Shown here: positions 50,158 through 60,234 of the stretch, one piece after another
Position numbering within the stretch: the stretch's first letter is position 1
Layout: every line of letters begins with the position of its first letter
Source: Bacteroidota bacterium
Lineage (GTDB): Bacteria; Bacteroidota; Bacteroidia; UKL13-3
Assembly (NCBI GenBank): GCA_027482225.1
Contig: JAIXWD010000009.1
Span: forward strand, 2,484 to 66,483
Length of the DNA: 64,000 bases
Reading direction: 5' to 3'
Made by a program: the position numbers and the translations under genes
The notes under the pieces: generated by a model
The model's input: only the letters and a program-made list of their open reading frames with translations
Told to the model about the DNA's origin: nothing
Database searches by the model: none

Positions 50158-51834
50158 TTAGGGTTGAGTTTTAATTCTAAATCCTTGCTTTAAAGTTGTT
50201 CCGCGGTATTGTATAGCGCTATCGGGCAAGTTGGTACAAGGTAGTTTACTGTCCCAGCATTGCTGGTTGGTTATAGGTACGTTGAGTGTGCCACCGCTTA
50301 CAACAAATTTATTTACTTGTGGTTGATGGTAAGTAGGAGGTATCATCAGTGTGTTTTTAAATCCATTACCGATAAGTTGTTTTTGTACCGACATTGTAAT
50401 CAACCCCAATAAAAATATACCAACTAAAGTAAACTTGTTTTTATACAGTAATTGTTGCAACGTGGTTCTGTGAAACAGATTTACCCCCATAGTGATAGTA
50501 AATACCAAATAGCCAAAAACAAAACGTGGAGTAGGACCATGAGTAAACCAAAGCACAAGTGCAACGATGCATGTAGAGGCTATAATCCAGTAGTAATGTA
50601 TTATAAATTGGCTTCTAAAGTGCTTGTTGGTTAAACACTGTGTAATGAGTGTGATGTAAAAAAATAGGCCAACAATAAGTAATAAAGCACTAAAGATATC
50701 AATGCTTTTTATCCAATGTGGCCACCATTGGCTAAAGGTAAAATATCTCGATACCTCAATATCTATATCAGGTGCGCGTGCATAGGCAAGATTTGCGTAT
50801 ACTTCGTAAGCCACTATTTCAGGGCGCATTTTCCAATCAACATCAAAAAAATTAGTACTTGTAATTGGAAATAATAAATAACCCGAATGAATAATATTGG
50901 TGATAAACCATGGAATAAAAATTAGCACACTTATTCCTATTAAAAAATAAGTAATTCGTTTGGTTATGAGTTGTTGTTTGAATGCATAAAAATAGACACC
51001 AATTGCAAATAACACCATTGGTAATGCACTCAATTTATAAGTTATTAATAGCATGGATAATGCCACTAATAATATTAATTCAATTGTCTTCTTGTTGTGG
51101 TTATTTACTATATCAGTAAACCAACAAAACAATATAATTATACCTATGGTAATACTTATATCATTGGTAACTCCACCTGTATATTTTCTAGTAGCAATTA
51201 TGGCAAAATAAAACAACAACAAGAGGTTACGTAACCAAAAATGTTGCTTTAAATGTGGGGTAACATATAGGGCTGCCATTATAACTAATGCAGCATTTAA
51301 AGTATATACAGAACGTAACCCTAAAAAGTGAAACCCACTAAATGCTTGTAATAAGAACCAGTTGCTGTTGTTCCCCAATTGCCGTCTAATATTACCTATT
51401 CCGGGCACAGCAGCATATTCTTCCATCCACCTGATGGCCTGAAGGTGATAATCGCCAATATCGCCATCTGCTTTTCTGGATAAGATATTAAGCACTACAA
51501 GTACTAAAAAACCAAGGCCAATTGCAATGTGTTTTTTACTGCTAATTTGATGTAAGGAGGTAACTACATCTTTGGCAATAACTTTATATTGGCTTGTTGC
51601 CAAAATGATAATTGAAAGCCAAACATAGATCTGAGCAAAAAAATTAATTGGAAAGAATAAATGATAAACCTGCAACAACATTGCCATACTTCCCCAGCCA
51701 ATAATTACATATAATGTTGGGTGAAGTATAGCAGTAGTAATACCACATATTTTGCTGAGCAAACGCGTAAAAACAACACCTGCTGCAAATGCAATAGAAA
51801 GGTTATATATGATTAGTAAAATACTAACCAACAT
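50158..51834 (-). CDS. Polytopic membrane protein of unknown function with a C-terminal extracytoplasmic tail
   Basis: 558 aa with at least 12 predicted TM segments by hydrophobicity and a Cys-containing soluble C-terminus (QQCWDSKLPCTNLP). It starts 3 nt after the upstream gene stop. Confidence 0.6.
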   Translation of the reverse strand: MLVSILLIIYNLSIAFAAGVVFTRLLSKICGITTAILHPTLYVIIGWGSMAMLLQVYHLFFPINFFAQIYVWLSIIILATSQYKVIAKDVVTSLHQISSKKHIAIGLGFLVLVVLNILSRKADGDIGDYHLQAIRWMEEYAAVPGIGNIRRQLGNNSNWFLLQAFSGFHFLGLRSVYTLNAALVIMAALYVTPHLKQHFWLRNLLLLFYFAIIATRKYTGGVTNDISITIGIIILFCWFTDIVNNHNKKTIELILLVALSMLLITYKLSALPMVLFAIGVYFYAFKQQLITKRITYFLIGISVLIFIPWFITNIIHSGYLLFPITSTNFFDVDWKMRPEIVAYEVYANLAYARAPDIDIEVSRYFTFSQWWPHWIKSIDIFSALLLIVGLFFYITLITQCLTNKHFRSQFIIHYYWIIASTCIVALVLWFTHGPTPRFVFGYLVFTITMGVNLFHRTTLQQLLYKNKFTLVGIFLLGLITMSVQKQLIGNGFKNTLMIPPTYHQPQVNKFVVSGGTLNVPITNQQCWDSKLPCTNLPDSAIQYRGTTLKQGFRIKTQP

Positions 51835-51837
51835 TGT

Positions 51838-54282
51838 TTATGCTTGCTGTTTTTTACGTCTTAAAAATGCAGCAATAGCAATTGCTAAAGCACCACCATA
51901 AAGAAGTATACTTGAAACCAACGTAACACGCTCGCCTGTAGCAACAGATTGAGGCTCGAAACGATACTCAATGGTGTGTTTTCCTGCTGGTATTTGCATG
52001 CCTCGTAACACATAATTACAACGGAAGTGTTGTGCTAAATTTCCATCAATGTATGCATTCCAACCTTTATCATAGTACATTTCGCTAAACACAGCTAATT
52101 GTGCATTAGCTGCATTACTTTCATACACCAACTTATTAGGTTGATATTTGGTAAGTTTTATGGTAGCAGTTGTATCTGCTTTTATTTTAAATCCGTTTAA
52201 TTGCTCGCTAAAACGTTTATCAATAAAGCAAGTTTGTTTAGAGTTAAAGTTGGTTAATGAATCAATTTCAGCATCTGCATTATTAACCCAAACCATATTA
52301 CTTACAAACCATGCATTACCATTTGCATTTGAATTTATTTGAGGGAATAAGTTATTTAAACTATCGCCAACAATAAAGTATTTTACATTTAACATGTTAA
52401 ACATTTCCATGTTATTACGTGCTATTTGAAACTCAATTAACTCTTGGTATCTGCGCATTTTAGCACCATGGTAACCACCAATTGATTTGTGGTAGTATGA
52501 TGTTAAAGCATCTTGGTCTAATCGTTGTGTAGTGTTGTATACACGATAATGCGGATCTTTATCTTGAAGAATGATTTCATCGGCTTGTGTTTTTTCTACA
52601 ACGGCATCTGTTTTTTTACGTTTCTCATAATCTTTGTCGTTGAGGTAACGCTTATCAACGCCCCATAAATCAACCAAAATTAATGCGCCTAAAATTAATG
52701 CTAAATATTGTTGTTTAATTTTATCGGTAATAAAAAACCAAAGTGCACCAAATGCCAAAGCAATAAACATAAAACTACGTAATGCGTCCATTTGGCGAAC
52801 CTTTTCGCGTGCACCATGAATAATATCTAAAGGATAACCATATTGTTTAAGTTGTCCATCTATTGGTTCTGCATCAACCGATGCAAGGCCTGGCATGGCT
52901 GCAAAAATCAAACATAAACCACCAACAATACCTCCGCTGTATAATAAAGCTTTTTTAAGTTCGGGCTTTTTGAGGCTACCATTAATTACATCGCGAATAG
53001 CCAATAAAGCTAGTAATGGAAATGTGGTTTGTGCAATAGCTAAAATAAATGTTACCGAACGAAATTTATTGTATAAAGGAACATTATAGAAAAAGATATC
53101 TGTTAATGACATAAAGTTTTTACCCATAGATAAAAATATAGCCAAAGTTGAAATCACCAGAATCCACCATTTTTCACTGCCTTTTACCACAAATAATCCT
53201 AATACAAACAAGAAGCAAATAATTGCTCCATAGTATATTGGTCCTGCAGTAAAAGGTTGTTCGCCAAAATATGCTGGTATGCCTTCTGCTAATTGTTTTG
53301 GTTGTTGTAATCCTGCAGCTTTAAATTCTTTTTCAATTATATTATGTGTATGTGCATCACCCGCATTACCTCCACCCAAAAAGTTAGGTATCAATAAGGT
53401 AAATGGTTCTGTAACACCATTACTCCATTGCAATGCATAATCTTTATCCAATCCGCTCGATTGGTTATTTTCATTACTTGTGCCTTGTGTTGTTTTAGTT
53501 AATTCTGATGTACCACGAATACTGTATTTACCATATTCTTCGGTAACTAAGAGGTTTGTGATATTTGATGTTGCACCCAAAATAGCGGCAACAACTAAAA
53601 ACGCACCTGTTTTTAATAGATTCGGTATGGTTTTATTTTTAAATGCCAATATTGCCTCGGTAATCATCCAAACCACAACAATTAATACTAAATAATAGGT
53701 AATTTGTAAGTGACCTGCAGCCAGTTGTAATGAAAGTGCTATGCCAGTTAATACGGCACCTAACAACTTTTTATTACCTAGTGTAATTTTAATACCTGCA
53801 ATAACTAAAGGCATTAAAGCAATGGCGTTACCTTTTCCTGCATGGCCTGCATCAATATTAATAAAGTTAAATGTACTAAATGTAAATGCAAGTGCACCTG
53901 CTATAGCAAACCAAGGACTAACTTCGAAAGTTATTAATAAAATATAAAAGCAGATGTAAAGTAGAAAAATAGTTTCCAATGGGTTACCAAATACTCTGTT
54001 TACATAGCGATACACATCGTTTGATGTATTGTAATAGTATGTAGCACCAATGAGGTAGGTGGGCATTCCTGAAAACATGCTATTGGTCCAGAAAGTGCGT
54101 TCTCCACTTTCTTTTTCAAATTTTGCAATCTCTTCGTAAGAAGCTTTCCATTGCATCACATCATGCTGTTTAAGCACCTTGCCGCTCATTAATGGAGAAA
54201 AGTAAGCTAGCATAACCACCAGAATTACGGCCACAGCAATTAGGTGTGGTAAAAACTTTTTAATTAACGATTGTTGATTCAT
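51838..54282 (-). CDS. Large polytopic membrane protein, YfhO-like (GT-C-type glycosyltransferase-like)
   Basis: 814 aa with a many-TM N-terminal two thirds, a soluble beta-rich domain of about 230 aa and a final TM. The architecture resembles the YfhO family. The call is from memory and not searched. Confidence 0.55.
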   Translation of the reverse strand: MNQQSLIKKFLPHLIAVAVILVVMLAYFSPLMSGKVLKQHDVMQWKASYEEIAKFEKESGERTFWTNSMFSGMPTYLIGATYYYNTSNDVYRYVNRVFGNPLETIFLLYICFYILLITFEVSPWFAIAGALAFTFSTFNFINIDAGHAGKGNAIALMPLVIAGIKITLGNKKLLGAVLTGIALSLQLAAGHLQITYYLVLIVVVWMITEAILAFKNKTIPNLLKTGAFLVVAAILGATSNITNLLVTEEYGKYSIRGTSELTKTTQGTSNENNQSSGLDKDYALQWSNGVTEPFTLLIPNFLGGGNAGDAHTHNIIEKEFKAAGLQQPKQLAEGIPAYFGEQPFTAGPIYYGAIICFLFVLGLFVVKGSEKWWILVISTLAIFLSMGKNFMSLTDIFFYNVPLYNKFRSVTFILAIAQTTFPLLALLAIRDVINGSLKKPELKKALLYSGGIVGGLCLIFAAMPGLASVDAEPIDGQLKQYGYPLDIIHGAREKVRQMDALRSFMFIALAFGALWFFITDKIKQQYLALILGALILVDLWGVDKRYLNDKDYEKRKKTDAVVEKTQADEIILQDKDPHYRVYNTTQRLDQDALTSYYHKSIGGYHGAKMRRYQELIEFQIARNNMEMFNMLNVKYFIVGDSLNNLFPQINSNANGNAWFVSNMVWVNNADAEIDSLTNFNSKQTCFIDKRFSEQLNGFKIKADTTATIKLTKYQPNKLVYESNAANAQLAVFSEMYYDKGWNAYIDGNLAQHFRCNYVLRGMQIPAGKHTIEYRFEPQSVATGERVTLVSSILLYGGALAIAIAAFLRRKKQQA

Positions 54283-54482
54283 TCTTTAATAAATATGGTT
54301 TCGAATATATATGATATACGTTGTATTTTAAATGGTGTAATCACAAAACATTACTTTTCTTTCAATTTGTCATTAAAATATACTTTAATATGCTCTTTGT
54401 CATAAGTGTGTAAAAGGGTTTGAGTCACTGTTTTTCACAAGATCATGGCTATAAATTGCGCCAAAATTAATAACTCATTTAT

Positions 54483-55775
54483 ATGAAAAAAATAGCTTTA
54501 CAAATTGCATTTTTCTTTGCTTCGGCAATGTCTTTGCTAGCTCAACCAATTGCTAATGATAGCGTTAGTTTAGGAGCACGGTATGCTAATGATATTTATT
54601 ATAGTTTTGAAAACGGTATAGTTGGTACTCAACTTGGAGCTAATTGGCATATAGCCTTTGCTACTCGTCCGGCAGCACCACCTAACAATGTTTTGCGATC
54701 AACCACGATTATTGCCAATGAAGGTCGTAATGTTCAAATCTATAAATCTAATCAATACAACTTTGCTGGATTTGATACTACTGGATACAAAAGAACTGAT
54801 TCCGCATCAACCTGGTCAAATCTTCACAACAGCGATAGCAGCTGGGACTTAGGGGTATTTAATGCAGATTTAATAAGAAGCAATCCTTTTGATTATGGTT
54901 GGGGTGCATATAATATGACAACCCATGATGTTGAAGGCAAAGGCTTTGTTTATTTATTACGTATTACCAAAACAGTTGGTCAAAGTACTGTTGATTCGGC
55001 TTTCAAATTAATCAAGATTGAAAAATTAGCTTTTGATACACAATGGGTATTTCAAATGGCTAATATCGATGGTACGGATAGTAACCAATTTACAATTAGC
55101 AAATCTGGTTTTAACGGTAAGCTATTTGCTTATTTTGATGTAGTAAACAAACAAGTTGTTAATCGTGAACCAAGTGCTCCATGGGATTTATACTTTACAC
55201 GTTATGGTGCATTTTATACTCAGTTTGGACAAACAGTTTTTAGTACAAATACTGGCGCACTATCTCACCCATCGATTTTAACTGCTCGTGTTAAAGGTAT
55301 GCCTGTTTATAGTGCAAAAATCTCAACAGCAATTTTCAATAACAAAATAACCAATATTGGTACCGACTGGAAAATTAATCCAGGACCAGGCCAACCAAAT
55401 TTCGCCATCATTGATTCGAATGTTTACTTCGCCCGTTTAGCCAACAATAAACAATATCGCATGGTATTTAAATCATTTGATGGTTCGTCTAATGGAAGAA
55501 TACGTTTTTATAAAGGTGTTGAAACAGATTTTGTAGGGTTGTTTGAGGCTAAAAACTACCAAACAGTAGCTATGTATCCAAACCCTGCAAGCAGTTTTGT
55601 AAATGTACAAGTTGGTGCTGGTAACCATACAGTTGTTATTTTTGACATTACTGGTAAAGCATTAATTAACCAAACTGCAACAGGCACTACAACTATTGAT
55701 ATTACAAGTTTAAATAAAGGATTATATTTTTTACAAGTTGATGGCAACAAAGCTGCCCGCTTGGTGGTTGAGTAG
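54483..55775 (+). CDS. HmuY-like protein with T9SS C-terminal sorting domain
   Basis: 430 aa with a signal peptide. HmuY-type segments are NDIYYSFENGIVG...NWHIAF and KQYRMVFKSFDGSSNGRIRFYKG. The last roughly 75 aa are a Por_Secre_tail-type CTD (MYPNPASSFVNVQ...GLYFLQVDG). Confidence 0.6.
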   Translation: MKKIALQIAFFFASAMSLLAQPIANDSVSLGARYANDIYYSFENGIVGTQLGANWHIAFATRPAAPPNNVLRSTTIIANEGRNVQIYKSNQYNFAGFDTTGYKRTDSASTWSNLHNSDSSWDLGVFNADLIRSNPFDYGWGAYNMTTHDVEGKGFVYLLRITKTVGQSTVDSAFKLIKIEKLAFDTQWVFQMANIDGTDSNQFTISKSGFNGKLFAYFDVVNKQVVNREPSAPWDLYFTRYGAFYTQFGQTVFSTNTGALSHPSILTARVKGMPVYSAKISTAIFNNKITNIGTDWKINPGPGQPNFAIIDSNVYFARLANNKQYRMVFKSFDGSSNGRIRFYKGVETDFVGLFEAKNYQTVAMYPNPASSFVNVQVGAGNHTVVIFDITGKALINQTATGTTTIDITSLNKGLYFLQVDGNKAARLVVE

Positions 55776-55780
55776 TTATT

Positions 55781-57829
55781 GTGGTTACTTATTTTAATTA
55801 TATTATTAATTTTTTACAACATACAAGTGCTCTATTGGGGGCACTTGTATTGTTTGTGTTGAGTGCCAATGCGCAAACTCAAACACCTGCTGACACCTTA
55901 AAAACGCAGCATTTGAACGATGCTATAGTAACTGGTCAGTATGGAGAAAATAGCTTAAAAAATAGTGTATTTAAAGTAAAAGTAATAGATGCACAACGCA
56001 TACAACAACAAGGTGCCGTTAACCTTAAAGATGTGCTTGCTAATGAAATTAATATACGTATAAACCAAGATCCTGCATTAGGCAGTAGCATTAATTTGCA
56101 AGGTGTAACGGGTCAAAACATCAAAATATTAATTGATGGTGTTCCTGTTATTGGGCGTGAGGGAGGTAATGTTGATTTAACTCAAATTAACTTAAATAAT
56201 GTAGAGCGTATTGAGATGGTTGAAGGACCAATGAGTGTGAATTTTGGAAGTGATGCATTAGGTGGTGTAATTAACATCATTACTAAAAAAGCGATTACAA
56301 AAAATACCAGTTTTAATTTAGGAACATACAATGAAAGTATAGGACAATATAATATAGATGGTGGTTTAAACTTTAATTGGAAAAAAACATTGTGGCAAGT
56401 AAGCGGTGGACGAAATTTTTTTGATGGATACGGACACAATGAAAGTATTACACGTTTTAGATTATGGAAACCACGCGAGCAATATTTTGCTGATGCAACA
56501 GTTTCGTTTAGCGGTAAAACCGGCAATTGGCGCATACAAAACAATTGGTTTACCGAAAAAGTTACTTCGCGCGACAGTGGTAACATTACTCCGTTTTATG
56601 CTTACGGATTAGATCAATATTATTATACAACACGTTATACTACTTCTGTGTTTTGGGATAAAAAATTGAAGAATAATTTCTCGTTAAACATCATTGGCTC
56701 GGGTAATTATTACAAACGTGTGCGCAATACCTTGCGTAAAGATTTAGTTAGCCTGCAAGAAGAACAAACCAATGCAGCTGAGTTAAATGATACCAATTAC
56801 TTTTTCCTATTAATGAGCAGGGGGGTATTATCTAAAATTAAAAATGATGCAAAGGTTAATTACCAAATAGGTTATGAAATAAACCACGAGTTTACCGAAG
56901 GCGGAAAAATAGAAGGTGGCGAACAACAATTTTCCGATTATAATATTTTTGCGAGCACAGAATTAAAACCCACTAAAAAATTGACATTACGTCCTGGTTT
57001 CCGTGCTATACATCATACTAAATTTAATGCACCTTTTTTGCCTGCAGTTAATATAAAATGGGAAATAACCAGTTACCTTAAGTTACGTGCATCATATGCC
57101 CGAGGTTTCCGTGCACCATCTTTAAAAGAAATGTATTTAAAGTTTGTAGATCCAAGCCATAATGTACATGGAAACCCCAACTTACAAGCAGAAACAGGCG
57201 ATAATATACAGCTGTTTACTACGTTTGAAATTACCAAGCAAAAACACATGTTTAGGTTTGAACCGAGTTTGTTTTATAACCACATCACCAATATGATTGA
57301 TTTGGCTTTGGTAAATACACAAACCATTGAAGCTACATACTTTAATGTGGGCGAGTTTACCAGTTGTGGTGTAAATGTAAATATGGAATATAAAACACCT
57401 GTTTATGGCTTACAGGTAGGTTATGCTTTAACGGGTAGAAACAATAGCTATGCTCCTAACGGAGAATTTTATAACAGCAACGAAGTGAGGTTTAACTTTA
57501 ATGCAACTCACCCTAAAAAAAACACTACCATTGCCTTTTTTTATAAATATAATGGCAAGTTACAGTCTTATCAATACAACTACACCAACAACGAAGTAAT
57601 GCTAGGATACATAGATGCATTTAATGTATTAGATGCAACTGTATCTCAACCGTTTTTTAAGAAAAGACTAAACACCACCTTAGGTGTAAAAAATATTTTA
57701 GATGTAAGAAATGTGCGTGCAAGTATAATAGGTGGTGTGCATCAAAGTTCATCAAACAATGCTATGATAGCCATGGGCCGAACCTTGTTTTTTTCAATTA
57801 GATACTCCATTAACCAAATAAAGCAGTAA
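55781..57829 (+). CDS. TonB-dependent outer-membrane receptor
   Basis: 682 aa (GTG start) with a signal peptide, a plug (IERIEMVEGPMSVNFGSDALGGVINIITK) and a long beta-barrel. Confidence 0.85.
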   Translation: MVTYFNYIINFLQHTSALLGALVLFVLSANAQTQTPADTLKTQHLNDAIVTGQYGENSLKNSVFKVKVIDAQRIQQQGAVNLKDVLANEINIRINQDPALGSSINLQGVTGQNIKILIDGVPVIGREGGNVDLTQINLNNVERIEMVEGPMSVNFGSDALGGVINIITKKAITKNTSFNLGTYNESIGQYNIDGGLNFNWKKTLWQVSGGRNFFDGYGHNESITRFRLWKPREQYFADATVSFSGKTGNWRIQNNWFTEKVTSRDSGNITPFYAYGLDQYYYTTRYTTSVFWDKKLKNNFSLNIIGSGNYYKRVRNTLRKDLVSLQEEQTNAAELNDTNYFFLLMSRGVLSKIKNDAKVNYQIGYEINHEFTEGGKIEGGEQQFSDYNIFASTELKPTKKLTLRPGFRAIHHTKFNAPFLPAVNIKWEITSYLKLRASYARGFRAPSLKEMYLKFVDPSHNVHGNPNLQAETGDNIQLFTTFEITKQKHMFRFEPSLFYNHITNMIDLALVNTQTIEATYFNVGEFTSCGVNVNMEYKTPVYGLQVGYALTGRNNSYAPNGEFYNSNEVRFNFNATHPKKNTTIAFFYKYNGKLQSYQYNYTNNEVMLGYIDAFNVLDATVSQPFFKKRLNTTLGVKNILDVRNVRASIIGGVHQSSSNNAMIAMGRTLFFSIRYSINQIKQ

Positions 57830-58842
57830 TGAAATTTAGGTTACATACGATTATTGCATTAATAGGATTGCTTCTTTTGGCTTCGTGCGAGCAACCCGAA
57901 ACACCTGTGGTTTTACCTAAAGCCATTGGTAAAAAATTTAGTTACGAAATGGGCAGCGATTACAGCAACCAAATTTATGTTGATTTAGAATCTGGTTATG
58001 TAAAAAGTGTAAAAGTAAACAGTTGGGATTTGGCCTTTGATTGTGATGCGCGATCAAATAATATTTACTTGAATGGTGGTTCAGCTGGGGTGCTCGTAAC
58101 AACAATAGGCAAGGGCTATTTTTTAAATACCATTCAACCCAATTTGCTCAAATGGAATTGGGATGCAGCTAATGGCATGAGTGATTCTTTAGCGCTTAAA
58201 AATGGGTTTAGCAACGGCATAAGTAACGATAGTGTATATTTAATTGATAGGGGTAGTTTGGTTGCGCCAAATGAGCGTTATTTTCAGTTTAAACTTTTGT
58301 TGTGCAACAACGATTCTTTTTTAATACAAACAGCAAACCGATACGGACAACAAATAACCAACCACACCATTATTAAGAATCAAAGTAAGTTGCTTACTTA
58401 TTTTACGTTTGCCAATGGTGGTAGCACGTTAGATTTTGAACCACCAAAATCTGATTGGGATTTATGTTTTTTAAATTACCGTTGGGTTTATTACGAGTTT
58501 AATCCGCCCTTGTTGTACTCTGTTGTAGGTACGTTTATTAATACCAAAAACATACAAGTAGCTATAGATAGTGCAAGTAAATTTACGTTTGAAGAAATAG
58601 GTCCTCAACATTTTAGCTTGCAAAATTATAGTAAAAACCGCGATGTAATAAGTTTTGATTGGAAGGTGCCTATGTTTGGAGGTACAGGTGTTACTTACCG
58701 CACCAGAAATTATGTTACCTATTTTATAAAAGAAAAAACAAACGGTAACCCAGATAAACTTTTCAAGCTACGCTTTATTGATTTTTACGATACCCGAGGA
58801 AATAAAGGTAGTCCTACTTATGAGATTGTGAGGGTGCAGTAA
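57829..58842 (+). CDS. HmuY-like lipoprotein
   Basis: 337 aa with lipobox LLLASC. HmuY-type segments are NQIYVDLESGYVKSVKVNSWDLAFDCD and KLFKLRFIDFYDTRGNKGSPTYEIVRV. Its start overlaps the receptor stop (TAATG). Confidence 0.6.
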   Translation: MKFRLHTIIALIGLLLLASCEQPETPVVLPKAIGKKFSYEMGSDYSNQIYVDLESGYVKSVKVNSWDLAFDCDARSNNIYLNGGSAGVLVTTIGKGYFLNTIQPNLLKWNWDAANGMSDSLALKNGFSNGISNDSVYLIDRGSLVAPNERYFQFKLLLCNNDSFLIQTANRYGQQITNHTIIKNQSKLLTYFTFANGGSTLDFEPPKSDWDLCFLNYRWVYYEFNPPLLYSVVGTFINTKNIQVAIDSASKFTFEEIGPQHFSLQNYSKNRDVISFDWKVPMFGGTGVTYRTRNYVTYFIKEKTNGNPDKLFKLRFIDFYDTRGNKGSPTYEIVRVQ

Positions 58843-58907
58843 TTTTTTTGAAATTTACTTAACAAAAGTCTGTGGTTATTTTATTAAGGAGTATTGCATT
58901 AATAAAA

Positions 58908-59162
58908 TCATTTTTTAGAATTATTTATTTTAGACAACATCCATTCTTGCTCATCATAAATGTTAGAATCTATATCAGTGAGAAATGGTATTGAACAATT
59001 GAATGCTTTTGCTATCTTCTCAACAGTACTAAATTTCAGATTTACTCCGTCTTTTTCGAATCCACTATATGTGGCTTGTTCTATTTCGAGTATATCACAC
59101 ATATGTGTTTGACATAGCTTTTTTGATAGCCTGATGGCTTTAATTCTCGCAGGTAATGTCAT
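58908..59162 (-). CDS. XRE-family helix-turn-helix transcriptional regulator
   Basis: 84 aa with IKAIRLSKKLCQTHMCDILEIEQATYSGFEKDG matching the Cro/C1 HTH pattern. It is divergent from the DUF1573/RHS genes. Confidence 0.8.
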   Translation of the reverse strand: MTLPARIKAIRLSKKLCQTHMCDILEIEQATYSGFEKDGVNLKFSTVEKIAKAFNCSIPFLTDIDSNIYDEQEWMLSKINNSKK

Positions 59163-59244
59163 AGTTTAATGAATATAGGTTAGGGCCTTTTTGATGAAAC
59201 AAAAAAGTAATTTTTATTTGTTTCTCCATAACAAACCTAATGCT

Positions 59245-59757
59245 ATGAAAAATACTTTACAAATTTTACCATTAATTTTTACATTATTTTTTTATGTTAA
59301 ATCATTTGGGCAAACACCGCCTGAAATTATTTACGATGACTCAGAGATTGGAATTTTATTGACCAATCAAGTATATCAAGATTACTACGAGAAAGAATCT
59401 TTCATCAAACTCGATTCCATATTTTTTGATTTAAATGAGTTTTTGGCTATCTCGGATTTAACCCTTGGTGAATCTTACGAGTTTACGATAAGTATAAAAA
59501 ATCCGCTTGATGTTGGTTCTGTTATTAAGGCTGTTGTCAACCCTTGTTCATGTGTCAATCTCGACTGGTCAAAAAGTGTGATAAGTCAGGGTAACACAGG
59601 ATTTGTAAAGATAAAGTATACCGCTACTATTATAGGCGAATCTCAAAAACGATTTACAGCGGTATTTTATGATGCACAAGGAATAAAGCCTTTAGCTAAA
59701 AAGGATATTATAGTAAAAGCGGTAGTGGCCGCTCCTGATTTAGTTGACCAATATTAA
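59245..59757 (+). CDS. DUF1573-like secreted protein
   Basis: The start is set to the ATG at 59245 (MKNTLQILPLIFTLFFYVKSFGQ). The DUF1573-type core is LGESYEFTISIKNPLDVGSVIKAVVNPCSCVNLDWSKSVISQGNTGFVKIKY. Confidence 0.6.
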   Translation: MKNTLQILPLIFTLFFYVKSFGQTPPEIIYDDSEIGILLTNQVYQDYYEKESFIKLDSIFFDLNEFLAISDLTLGESYEFTISIKNPLDVGSVIKAVVNPCSCVNLDWSKSVISQGNTGFVKIKYTATIIGESQKRFTAVFYDAQGIKPLAKKDIIVKAVVAAPDLVDQY

Positions 59758-59768
59758 TCGATGCTTTT

Positions 59769-60224
59769 ATGAAATATTTAATACTAATTTTTGTTAGCAT
59801 AATAATGTTACGCTCGCGTGTTAATGCACAGAGTGGTTACAATAACTTACAATATACCTACGATCAGGCAGGTAATAGAATTAGCAGGTATTTACAGGTA
59901 ACACTTAACAAAAGAAGTGCAACTGATACAACTTCTCGAAAAGAAGAAATTGTGGTAAAAAATAATACTACGAATGCACTTGAGGCAGTGAGTTATTCTA
60001 TTTATCCTAACCCAACTTCTGCTATTGTGAATATTGATTTTACTGGGATGCCAAAAGATGGAGAAATAGTAATAACACTAACTGATACATACGGAAGATT
60101 GATTGCAAAAGAATCAGGGATTGAAAAGTATCGATTAGATTTAAGCACGCTCATCTCAGGAATTTACTTTGTTAGCATTGTAAGTAACCAACAGAAAAAA
60201 ACGTATAGAATAGTAAAAATATAG
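59769..60224 (+). CDS. Mini-protein: signal peptide + single YD/RHS repeat + T9SS C-terminal sorting domain
   Basis: 151 aa with signal peptide ...SRVNAQ, a YD repeat LQYTYDQAGNRISRY, and a CTD YSIYPNPTSAIVNIDF...GIYFVSIV...YRIVKI. Confidence 0.65.
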   Translation: MKYLILIFVSIIMLRSRVNAQSGYNNLQYTYDQAGNRISRYLQVTLNKRSATDTTSRKEEIVVKNNTTNALEAVSYSIYPNPTSAIVNIDFTGMPKDGEIVITLTDTYGRLIAKESGIEKYRLDLSTLISGIYFVSIVSNQQKKTYRIVKI

Positions 60225-60234
60225 CCATAACAAT

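Noticed and set aside
54283-54482. Possible cobalamin or other riboswitch upstream of the HmuY/TonB-receptor locus
   Set aside because: The 200-bp leader is very AT-rich. It has no GC-rich B12-box-like element and no obvious multi-stem structure.
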